Below the pieces are notes generated by a model. That model was not told where the DNA came from. It did not search any database and was given only the letters and a program-made list of their open reading frames with translations. From positions 38,024-102,023 of the forward strand of contig CADANN010000001.1 of the NCBI GenBank assembly GCA_902789325.1: DNA of 64,000 nt, given 5' to 3'. This DNA comes from an uncultured Spirochaetaceae bacterium. Its GTDB lineage: Bacteria; Spirochaetota; Spirochaetia; Treponematales; Treponemataceae. The translations under genes were made by a program, and so were the position numbers. Shown here piece by piece: positions 40,507 to 48,738 of this stretch (within the stretch, counting starts at the first letter, position 1; each line of letters opens with the position of its first letter).

Positions 40507-40713
40507 CTAACGTTCCTTATCATCCACCATAAAAAAAAGCCGCGGACACAATTACGCACCAAACGTAAAAGTTACCGCGGCCTCTTTGCCGGCTTAGAGA
40601 TTTTCACAAAACAAAAAAGGCCGTAGACACAATCTCATACCCATATGAAATTATATCTACGACCTCTTTGCCGTAATTTAAGTAATACTACAAAAATGCA
40701 GTGTTACTGTCAA
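40507..40713 (-). promoter_or_regulatory. gltB leader: sigma70 promoter + two tandem GGCAAAGAGG-box terminator hairpins
   Basis: On the minus strand: TTGACA (40713-708), 17-nt spacer, TAGTAT (40690-685).
- Hairpin 1: box ACGGCAAAGAGG (40674-663), arms 40664-56 and 40627-19, then T6.
- Hairpin 2: box CCGGCAAAGAGG (40592-581), arms 40581-75 and 40545-39, then T8.
The flanking gene is divergent, so these hairpins cannot terminate an upstream gene. Confidence 0.75.
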
Positions 40714-40781
40714 GAAAAACAAATAATTATTTTAATGAAAATCAAAAAAACGTGTAGTATAATTAAAAAAGAGGAAAAAAG

Positions 40782-41333
40782 ATGACAAAACAGGATTACA
40801 TAAAATTATTCAGCCAGATAAAACCCGGATTTTTTGAAAGAGACTATGTCAAAAACAGAGAAGACGAAGATATTTTCGATGAAATGATTCTTTGCCTTAA
40901 AGATTTTGATCCGGCAAAATATGTAAAACAATTTGGTTCTGAAGTTAGTTTTGACTATTTCAAAGGCGATATAAATGAACTCAAAGCACAGATTAAAAAA
41001 GTGGATGAATCATGGCCTCAATGGTTCAATGAAAACCAGACACTTTTCTGCGGCTACATTGACGGTAAAGTTGCCTGCTTTTGTATGATAGAAGATTTTG
41101 GCACTTACGAAATTGATGGTAAGCAGGCTCGAGTTGGAGGTCCAGGCTGTGTTGGAACCGTACCAGAATTCCGCAATAAAGGATTAGGCCTCACAATGGT
41201 AAACAAGGCCACCCAGATTGCAAAAGAACTCGGCTACGATTACAGCTATATCCATTACACAGGCGTACCTGGCTGGTATGCTAAGCTCGGCTATGAGACA
41301 ATTTTCAGATGGAATAAGCACGGAATTCTTTAG
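40782..41333 (+). CDS. GNAT-family N-acetyltransferase
   Basis: Acetyl-CoA motif A: VGTVPEFRNKGLGLTMV. Confidence 0.8.
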   Translation: MTKQDYIKLFSQIKPGFFERDYVKNREDEDIFDEMILCLKDFDPAKYVKQFGSEVSFDYFKGDINELKAQIKKVDESWPQWFNENQTLFCGYIDGKVACFCMIEDFGTYEIDGKQARVGGPGCVGTVPEFRNKGLGLTMVNKATQIAKELGYDYSYIHYTGVPGWYAKLGYETIFRWNKHGIL

Positions 41334-41356
41334 GTTCTGCTGAAGCTGCGCTTTTA

Positions 41357-42910
41357 TTATCCATTCAATATTTTTGCTGCCTCGTTTTCCCCATTTGATG
41401 TTGAATAAAAATAAGGTGTTTCAGCATCAAATTCGCCGGCACAGGTATCAACCATTTTGAAGGATATCGGAGGATACAACATTCCGCTGTTACTTTTTTC
41501 AGCCTTTGTAATATTTTCCAGCTTGCACAGGAACCACTCGTCAATTTTTGTAATTTCGTGAATCTGTTCAACTGAATAAAGTCCGCGTTTAAGGGCCTGA
41601 TAAATTGCAAATATTCTCTGATCGGTGCACTGTCCTACCCGTTCGCGTATTTTCTCATCACCTTCTTTTTCAAAGGCAGGAAGATTCAAATCTTTTACAC
41701 CAACTTCAAGTCCTCGGGCAGCCTTAAGAATTGCTTCTTCAAAGTTCTGGCCAATTGCCATAACTTCACCAGTTGCCTTCATCTGTGTACCAAGCTTACG
41801 TGCAGCATAAACAAATTTATCGAACGGGAACTTTGGCATTTTTACAACTACATAGTCGAGAACAGGTTCAAAGCAGGCTTTTGTCTTCTTTGTTACAAAG
41901 TTTGGAATTTCATCCAGAGTAAAGCCAACTGCTATGAGGGCTGCAACCTTTGCGATTGGATAGCCGGTTGCTTTTGAAGCGAGCGCTGAAGAACGCGAAA
42001 CACGAGGGTTTACCTCAATTACCGCATATTCAAAGCTGTCTGGATTAAGTGCAAACTGACAGTTACAGCCACCTTCAATTTCGAGGGCGCTGATGATATT
42101 GAGTGCGGCACTTCGCAGCATCTGATATTCTTTATCTGCAAGAGTCACAGTTGGTGCAATTACGATTGAGTCACCAGTATGAACACCAACAGGATCAAAG
42201 TTTTCCATAGAACAGACAGTAATTACGTTAGCATTGCTGTCCCGCATTACTTCAAACTCAACTTCTTTCCATCCGCTGATACATTTTTCTACAAGTATCT
42301 GATGAATTGGCGAACGATGAAGTCCGTTATGAGCAATTTCGTCCAGTTCGCGGTCGTTATTTACAATACCACCACCTGTTCCACCAAGGGTAAAGGCCGG
42401 ACGGATAATTGCAGGAAAGCCGATTTCGTTATGAACAAAATCAGCAGCATCTTCGTAAGTAGTTACAACTTTTGAAGGAATACAAGGCTCTCCTATTGCT
42501 TCCATTGTATCTTTGAACATCTGGCGGTCTTCTGCCTTGTCGATTGTTTCAGGGCGTGCACCAAGCAGCTGAACATTATGGCTCGCAAGAAAGCCGGATT
42601 TTGCAAGCTCCATACTGAGGGTCAATCCCGTCTGACCGCCAAGTGTTGAAAGCAGGCTGTCTGGTTTTTCTTTTTCGATGATTCTTTCAAGAGTTCGCAG
42701 AGTAAGCGGTTCCATGTAAATCTCATCTGCCATTTCGTGGTCAGTCATTAAAGTTGCCGGATTTGAGTTTACAAGACAAACTTCAAGTCCAAGAGATTTC
42801 AGAGCCTTACATGCCTGATTTCCGGCATAGTCAAATTCCGCTGCCTGTCCAATTACAATCGGACCGGAACCAATAATCATTACTTTGTGAATATTTTTAT
42901 TGAGAGGCAC
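41357..42910 (-). CDS. carB: carbamoyl-phosphate synthase large subunit, N-terminal half only
   Basis: 517 aa. It begins [25 protein letters not shown] and ends at ...[20 protein letters not shown], the junction between the two homologous CarB halves. A stop follows, and then a convergent GNAT gene. Confidence 0.9.
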   Translation of the reverse strand: MPLNKNIHKVMIIGSGPIVIGQAAEFDYAGNQACKALKSLGLEVCLVNSNPATLMTDHEMADEIYMEPLTLRTLERIIEKEKPDSLLSTLGGQTGLTLSMELAKSGFLASHNVQLLGARPETIDKAEDRQMFKDTMEAIGEPCIPSKVVTTYEDAADFVHNEIGFPAIIRPAFTLGGTGGGIVNNDRELDEIAHNGLHRSPIHQILVEKCISGWKEVEFEVMRDSNANVITVCSMENFDPVGVHTGDSIVIAPTVTLADKEYQMLRSAALNIISALEIEGGCNCQFALNPDSFEYAVIEVNPRVSRSSALASKATGYPIAKVAALIAVGFTLDEIPNFVTKKTKACFEPVLDYVVVKMPKFPFDKFVYAARKLGTQMKATGEVMAIGQNFEEAILKAARGLEVGVKDLNLPAFEKEGDEKIRERVGQCTDQRIFAIYQALKRGLYSVEQIHEITKIDEWFLCKLENITKAEKSNSGMLYPPISFKMVDTCAGEFDAETPYFYSTSNGENEAAKILNG

Positions 42911-42911
42911 T

Positions 42912-44042
42912 TTATTTTTCCTCCATCATTTTTAAGAATCTGTCGAATAAAAAGTTTGTATCGTGCGGGCCACCGCAAGCTTCCGGATGGAACTGTACGC
43001 TGAAGGCTGGAATATCTGTATAATCTACACCTTCAACTGTTCCGTCGTTTACATTAAAGAAACTCATTTTTGCAAAGGACGGCAAAGAGGTGTTTTCTAC
43101 TGCATAACCATGATTCTGACTTGTAATGTAAACACGATTTGTTGCTGTATCTTTTACCGGATGATTTCCACCGCGGTGTCCGTATTTTAATTTGCTGGTT
43201 TTTGCACCACGTGCAAGAGCGAGCATCTGATGTCCAAGACAGATTCCAAAGATTGGAATTTTTCCGTACTCGCACAATTTTCTAATTTCTTCTATAACAC
43301 CAACATTGTCTGCAGGGTCTCCAGGGCCGTTACTGAGCATAACTCCATCGGGATTTTGTTTGATTACTTGTTCTGCAGTGGAATTATATGGAACGACTGT
43401 AACACGACAGCCACGTTTTTCGAGCTCGCGCTGAATATTTAATTTTGCGCCAAAGTCATAAAGGATGACGTGGGGGGCGTTGCGGGGGCTCTCCCCTGCA
43501 GAAGGGGGTGTGGCGAAGACCGCTTGCGGGCTGAGCCCAGGGGGAAGGCTTTCCCCCTCACTATGCTGGACACTTTCAACAGCTTTTTCTATTTTATAAT
43601 TTTTGATTTCTTCAAGCAGTTTGTCGGAAACTTCCTGGCATTCTCCGCTAACAATCATGCCGTTCATTACGCCAGATTCGCGAAGTCGTTTTGTAAGGGC
43701 GCGGGTATCAATTCCACAGATTCCAACAACCCCCTGCTCTTTCAAAAAATCATTCAACGAACCAGCACAGCGGAAATTAGAAGGCGCCTCACACAGCTCA
43801 CGAACTATATAACCGCGCACCCAGGATTTTTTACTTTCAAAATCCTCTGGCATTACACCATAGTTTCCAATTAATGGAAAAGTCTGTGTAACTATCTGCC
43901 CGTAATAACTTGGATCTGTAAGGGTTTCAATGTAGCCGGTCATTCCTGTAGTAAAAACTGTTTCACCGATTGTAGTGCCTACCGCTCCAATTGAAGTTCC
44001 TTCAAAAACCGTCCCGTCTGCGAGAATTAACCAAGCCTTCAT
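42912..44042 (-). CDS. carA: carbamoyl-phosphate synthase small (glutaminase) subunit
   Basis: 376 aa with the triad motif GICLGHQ...HPE. Contains a GC-rich linker segment (see findings). Confidence 0.95.
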   Translation of the reverse strand: MKAWLILADGTVFEGTSIGAVGTTIGETVFTTGMTGYIETLTDPSYYGQIVTQTFPLIGNYGVMPEDFESKKSWVRGYIVRELCEAPSNFRCAGSLNDFLKEQGVVGICGIDTRALTKRLRESGVMNGMIVSGECQEVSDKLLEEIKNYKIEKAVESVQHSEGESLPPGLSPQAVFATPPSAGESPRNAPHVILYDFGAKLNIQRELEKRGCRVTVVPYNSTAEQVIKQNPDGVMLSNGPGDPADNVGVIEEIRKLCEYGKIPIFGICLGHQMLALARGAKTSKLKYGHRGGNHPVKDTATNRVYITSQNHGYAVENTSLPSFAKMSFFNVNDGTVEGVDYTDIPAFSVQFHPEACGGPHDTNFLFDRFLKMMEEK

Positions 44043-44172
44043 TTTGACTCCTATGTCAGGCCTCTATGGCCAAAAAAAAAAGACGCTCATTCCATTTGAA
44101 GACAATAAGTCTATAAATCGAATGAACGTCTTTGTTCTTTAATGTTATACAGTGTTTACAAATTGTGGTCAA
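44043..44172 (-). promoter_or_regulatory. carAB leader: sigma70 promoter + A-tract/terminator hairpin
   Basis: On the minus strand: TTGACC (44172-167), 17-nt spacer, TATAAC (44149-144). Then AGAACAAAGACGTTCATTC...GAATGAGCGTCTTT (arms 44133-120 and 44092-079) plus T10, followed by an AGGAG RBS. Confidence 0.65.
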
Positions 44173-44270
44173 TACGTTTTACTTCTTTTAGTAGTATTAA
44201 TTAGTACTACTATTGACACTTTTTTTAGTTATTGGTAAAACAAAAAAAATTGTCATAGGAGGCTGCAAAA

Positions 44271-45128
44271 ATGATATTCACAAAAATGCAGGGGTGTGGT
44301 AACGATTATGTTTATGTTGACTGCACCAACGGACTGCAAATAAAGGATGAAGCACTTGCTGCTCAAAAAGTTTCGGACCGTCATTTTGGAATTGGCAGCG
44401 ATGGATTAATTTTAATTAAAAAGGGCCATCTTGCAGATTTTGAAATGGTTATGTACAACGCAGATGGAAGCCGCAGTCAGATGTGCGGAAACGGCATTCG
44501 CTGTGTTGCAAAATATGTATATGATAAAAAATTAACTAACGGTCGTGAGTTCACAATTGAATCTATGGGCGCTGTAAAACACATCACAATTACAAGTGGT
44601 GAACCAGGAGATAAAGTCTGCTATGCACGCGTAGATATGGGAAAACCAATTTTGCAGGCAGAAAAGATTCCAGTTCTAACCACAGGTTCGAAAGTAATTA
44701 TGCATCCACTTAATGTTGCTGGCACAGAATATAAAATCACCTGTGTTTCTATGGGAAACCCTCACGCAGTTGTTTTCCTCGACAAAAAGCCTGCTGAATT
44801 CGACGTTTGCGGCATCGGGCCTTCTTTTGAACACAACGAGTTCTTCCCAGAACGAACAAATACCGAATTTGCTTACGTTGCAGACCGTCGTACAATTTTT
44901 ATGCGAGTCTGGGAACGTGGAACCGGTGAAACTTTAGCCTGCGGAACCGGAACTTGTGCAACTGTAGTTGCCGCAATTCTAAACGGCCTTGTAGATGCAG
45001 GAGAAAAAATCACAGTACATCTGCTTGGTGGAGATCTGGAAATTGAATGGAGCGGCAATGAGGCCGACAGTGTATTCATGACCGGCCCTGCCACCACAGT
45101 ATTCGAAGGAGAAATTGAAGGAGTATAA
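44271..45128 (+). CDS. dapF: diaminopimelate epimerase
   Basis: N-terminal FTKMQGCGNDYVYVD and the two catalytic Cys motifs (MCGNG and ACGTG). Confidence 0.95.
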   Translation: MIFTKMQGCGNDYVYVDCTNGLQIKDEALAAQKVSDRHFGIGSDGLILIKKGHLADFEMVMYNADGSRSQMCGNGIRCVAKYVYDKKLTNGREFTIESMGAVKHITITSGEPGDKVCYARVDMGKPILQAEKIPVLTTGSKVIMHPLNVAGTEYKITCVSMGNPHAVVFLDKKPAEFDVCGIGPSFEHNEFFPERTNTEFAYVADRRTIFMRVWERGTGETLACGTGTCATVVAAILNGLVDAGEKITVHLLGGDLEIEWSGNEADSVFMTGPATTVFEGEIEGV

Positions 45129-45134
45129 ACTGCT

Positions 45135-46334
45135 ATGAAAATCAACAAAAACTTTCTTGACTTAGAGGAGTCCTACCTCTTTTCAACCGTTAACAAAAAG
45201 ACCCGTGAATTTGCTGCGGCTCATCCCGAAGCAGATATCATAAAACTTTCTATTGGTGATGTTACCCGCCCGCTCTGCCCTGCCGTAATCGATGCAATGC
45301 ATAAAGCAGTTGATGAAATGGCAGATGAAAAGACCTTCCGCGGATATCCGCCAGAACAGGGCTACGATTTTGTTCGTCAGGCAATTCTGGAACACGATTA
45401 TTTGAATCGAGGAATCGAATTGAAGCTTGATGAAATATTCCTTTCTGATGGCGCAAAGTCAGACTGCGGAAACATCGGTGATATCTTTGCAACTGATAAT
45501 ACGGTTGCAATCTGCGATCCTGTTTACCCGGTTTATATCGACACAAATATCATGAATGGTCGCAAAGATAAAATCATCATTCTGCCTTGTAGTGCTGAAA
45601 CTAACTTCCTGCCGGAATTACCAGCTCTAGGTTCTGCAGTGCCAGATATTATTTATCTTTGTTTCCCAAATAATCCGACAGGAACAGTTGCTTCAAAAGA
45701 ATATCTGAAAAAATGGGTTGATTACGCAAATGCTAATCACAGCCTGATTTTATATGATTCAGCTTACGAAGCATTTATTACCGACGGCAAATATCCAAAA
45801 TCAATTTATGAGATTGAAGGAGCAAAGTCTTGTGCCATTGAACTTCGTTCCTTCTCAAAAACTGCAGGTTTCACAGGTCTTCGCTGTGGATACACTGTAG
45901 TTCCTCATGATCTTGTTTTTGATGGAACAGAATTAAATAAACTCTGGTTCCGCCGCCAGTCTACAAAGTTTAACGGCGTTTCTTACGTTACTCAGCGCGC
46001 CGCAGAAGCCGTTTATTCAGATCAAGGACAAAAGCAGATTCAGGATAATCTTTCATTCTATCGTGAAAATGCAAAGATTATTTTTGAAGGAGTAAAAGCT
46101 GCAGGATTCAAAGCCTTTGGTGGAGAATATTCACCTTATGTATGGCTCCAGATTCCTGAAGGCTTTACAAGCTGGTCTTTCTTTGATGAACTCCTGGAAA
46201 AATGCAATGTTGTAGGAACTCCAGGAAGCGGATTCGGAAAGATGGGCGAAGGTTATTTGCGACTAACAGGCTTTGGAAGCCGCGAACGAACCTTAGAAGC
46301 AGTAGAGAGAATTAAAAAAATTTTTTCTAAATAG
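45135..46334 (+). CDS. dapL: LL-diaminopimelate aminotransferase
   Basis: 399-aa PLP aminotransferase ([12 protein letters not shown]). The DapL-type N-terminus and its position next to dapF support the call. Confidence 0.8.
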   Translation: MKINKNFLDLEESYLFSTVNKKTREFAAAHPEADIIKLSIGDVTRPLCPAVIDAMHKAVDEMADEKTFRGYPPEQGYDFVRQAILEHDYLNRGIELKLDEIFLSDGAKSDCGNIGDIFATDNTVAICDPVYPVYIDTNIMNGRKDKIIILPCSAETNFLPELPALGSAVPDIIYLCFPNNPTGTVASKEYLKKWVDYANANHSLILYDSAYEAFITDGKYPKSIYEIEGAKSCAIELRSFSKTAGFTGLRCGYTVVPHDLVFDGTELNKLWFRRQSTKFNGVSYVTQRAAEAVYSDQGQKQIQDNLSFYRENAKIIFEGVKAAGFKAFGGEYSPYVWLQIPEGFTSWSFFDELLEKCNVVGTPGSGFGKMGEGYLRLTGFGSRERTLEAVERIKKIFSK

Positions 46335-46552
46335 TTGACAAAAATATTTAGAAATTGTATAAAACAAATAACAAACGACAATGAGGTCGCAGAACAGGGG
46401 TTTCTGCGACCTTTTTTGTTTTAAAATCATTCCGACTGCCGTTGGCATGTTCGGAGAAACTAACAATCGGCAAAGGCGCTGCGTTTTCATTTTGATGTAC
46501 ACAGAATGAAAGTGCGGCGTTTTTTTTGTCGGTTATATATAAGGATAATAAA
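46335..46552 (+). promoter_or_regulatory. type III GS leader: sigma70 promoter + two tandem box/terminator hairpins
   Basis: TTGACA (46335-40), 17-nt spacer, TATAAA (46358-63).
- Hairpin 1: ACGACAATGAGG box, arms GGTCGCAGAA (46385-94) and TTCTGCGACC (46402-11), then T6.
- Hairpin 2: TCGGCAAAGG box (46468-76), arms 46477-91 and 46505-19, then T8.
RBS AAGGA, ATG at 46553. Confidence 0.75.
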
Positions 46553-48658
46553 ATGGACGAAGTTACACAGATTTTTGGTGAAAACGTTTTTAATGAAACG
46601 GTTATGAAGGCTCGACTGCCAAAAGAAACTTTTAAGCAGTTGATGAAGACAATTGAAGGCGGCGAAAAACTCGACGCTTCTGTTGCTACTGTTGTTGCTA
46701 ACGCAATGAAAGATTGGGCTGTCGAAAAAGGTGCAACTCATTATACACACTGGTTCCAGCCATTAACTGGAATTACTGCAGAAAAACATGATAGCTTTAT
46801 CAGCCCTCTTGATGGCGGAAAAGTAATCATGGAGTTCAGCGGAAAAGAACTTGTTCAGGGTGAACCTGATGCTTCAAGCTTCCCAAGCGGTGGTATTCGT
46901 GCAACATTCGAAGCACGCGGTTATACAGCATGGGACCCAACAAGCTACGCATTTATTAAAGACGGAACACTTTGTATTCCAACTGCATTCTGTTCATACA
47001 CAGGAGAAGCTCTTGATAAAAAGACTCCACTCCTCCGCTCTATGCAGGCAATCAGCAAGCAGGCTGTTCGTGTTTTGAAATTATTTGAAGGCAACGAAGC
47101 CGTAACCTCTGTAAAGACAACAGTTGGTCCAGAACAGGAATACTTCCTCGTAGACAAATCAGTTTATGACAAGCGCGAAGACTTGATTTACACAGGCCGC
47201 ACATTGTTTGGTGCAAAAGCTCCAAAAGGCCAGGAACTCGAGGATCACTACTTTGGTATGATTAAACCTCGTGTACAGGAATTCATGAAGGATTTGAACA
47301 AAGAACTCTGGAAGCTTGGAATCCTCGCAAAAACAGAACATAACGAAGTTGCTCCAGCTCAGCATGAGTTGGCTCCAATCTTCTCAACAACAAACATTGC
47401 CTGCGACCACAACCAGCTTACAATGGAAATGATGAGAAAGATTGCTTCTAAACACGGAATGGTTTGTCTTCTTCACGAAAAACCATTTGCAGGTGTAAAC
47501 GGAAGCGGTAAACATAACAACTGGTCAATTTCAACAAATACAGGTAAAAACCTTCTTGATCCAGGTGCTACACCAGATCAGAACGCACAGTTCCTTTTGT
47601 TCTTGTGTGCAATCATTAAGGCAGTTGATGAGTATCAGGATTTGCTCCGTATCTCTGTAGCAAGTGCCGGAAACGACCACCGTCTTGGAGCAAACGAAGC
47701 GCCTCCAGCAATCATCTCAATCTTCCTTGGTGATGAATTGAGCGAGATTCTTGAATGCATTGAACAGGGCAAACCATATGGTAAGCACGAAAAAGAAAAG
47801 ATGCAGATTGGTGTTACAGTTCTTCCAGATTTCAACAAGGATACAACAGACCGTAACCGTACTTCACCATTCGCATTTACTGGAAACAAGTTCGAATTCC
47901 GTATGCTTGGTTCAAACGAATCAATTGCCTGCGCTAACGTATTCTTGAACACAGTAGTTGCAGAAGAGTTGTCTCAGTTTGCAGACATTCTTGAAAAATC
48001 AAAGGACTTCAAGGGCGACCTTCATGATTTGATTTTGAAAACAATCAAAGAGCACAAGAGAATCATTTTCAACGGAAACGGATATGATGATTCTTGGGTT
48101 AAAGAAGCTGAAAAACGCGGACTTTACAACCTCAAATCTACACCAGAAGCTCTTCCACACATTCTTGATGAAAAGAACGTTAAAGTATTCGAAAAGTTTG
48201 GTGTATACAGCAAGGTTGAACTCGAAAGCCGCTACGAAATTCACAACGAGAACTATTCAAAGATTATCAACATCGAAGCAGAAACAATGCTCGAAATGGC
48301 AAACAAGTTCATTCTTCCAGCCGCAAGCAAATATGCAACTTCACTTGCAGGAACAATCGGCTTGAAGAAAGCAAGTGGTGATGTAGACGCAACTTACGAA
48401 ACAGAAACACTCAGCAAGGTTTCATCACTCACAAGCAGCATCTACAAAAAGACTGCAGCTCTCGAAAAAGCAGTACTCGATGCAAAAGAACTTGGCGCAA
48501 GCGGTGTTCCATCAGGCAAAATCTCACTCTTCTACCGCGAAAGCGTATTTGCCGCAATGGGCGAACTCCGCGCAGTAGTTGATGAACTCGAAGTAATCAC
48601 ACCAAAAGAATTGTGGCCATTCCCAAGCTACGGTGACTTGCTCTACAGCGTACGCTAA
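46553..48658 (+). CDS. glnN: glutamine synthetase type III
   Basis: About 700 aa, which is the GSIII length. Motifs [19 protein letters not shown] and [10 protein letters not shown]. Start trimmed to MDEVTQ because the ORF-track start lies in the leader T-tract. Confidence 0.93.
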   Translation: MDEVTQIFGENVFNETVMKARLPKETFKQLMKTIEGGEKLDASVATVVANAMKDWAVEKGATHYTHWFQPLTGITAEKHDSFISPLDGGKVIMEFSGKELVQGEPDASSFPSGGIRATFEARGYTAWDPTSYAFIKDGTLCIPTAFCSYTGEALDKKTPLLRSMQAISKQAVRVLKLFEGNEAVTSVKTTVGPEQEYFLVDKSVYDKREDLIYTGRTLFGAKAPKGQELEDHYFGMIKPRVQEFMKDLNKELWKLGILAKTEHNEVAPAQHELAPIFSTTNIACDHNQLTMEMMRKIASKHGMVCLLHEKPFAGVNGSGKHNNWSISTNTGKNLLDPGATPDQNAQFLLFLCAIIKAVDEYQDLLRISVASAGNDHRLGANEAPPAIISIFLGDELSEILECIEQGKPYGKHEKEKMQIGVTVLPDFNKDTTDRNRTSPFAFTGNKFEFRMLGSNESIACANVFLNTVVAEELSQFADILEKSKDFKGDLHDLILKTIKEHKRIIFNGNGYDDSWVKEAEKRGLYNLKSTPEALPHILDEKNVKVFEKFGVYSKVELESRYEIHNENYSKIINIEAETMLEMANKFILPAASKYATSLAGTIGLKKASGDVDATYETETLSKVSSLTSSIYKKTAALEKAVLDAKELGASGVPSGKISLFYRESVFAAMGELRAVVDELEVITPKELWPFPSYGDLLYSVR

Positions 48659-48696
48659 AAAAACGTCATTACTGACATTTTAAGTTTTGACCTAAG

Positions 48697-48735
48697 TCTC
48701 CTCTAGTTATATAATAGAAACTAGAGGAGATTTTT
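48697..48735 (+). terminator. terminator hairpin after glnN that also contains the RBS of the next gene
   Basis: TCTCCTCTAGTT (48697-708) and AACTAGAGGAGA (48719-30) followed by TTTTT. The ATG of the next gene is at 48739. Confidence 0.7.
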
Positions 48736-48738
48736 CTT

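Noticed and set aside
46526-46552. The ORF-track N-terminal extensions of glnN (46526), gltD (33093), dctQ (26549), the GntR gene (24651), carB-C (60111), rlmJ, clpB, ABC 18142 and permease 22682.
   Set aside because: The extensions start inside terminator T-runs or hairpins, overlap upstream genes, or lack an RBS. Internal ATGs with good Shine-Dalgarno sequences, matching the expected family N-termini, were preferred.
47878-47897. GGAAACAAGTTCGAATTCC inside glnN (and AAACAAGTTC at 48301) as extra copies of the GAA-ACAAG-TTC hairpin repeat.
   Set aside because: Only the 11-nt core matches and there are no complementary N4 arms or GTCA/TGAC termini. The glnN site encodes the conserved GSIII peptide TGNKFEFR, so I treat it as a chance match.
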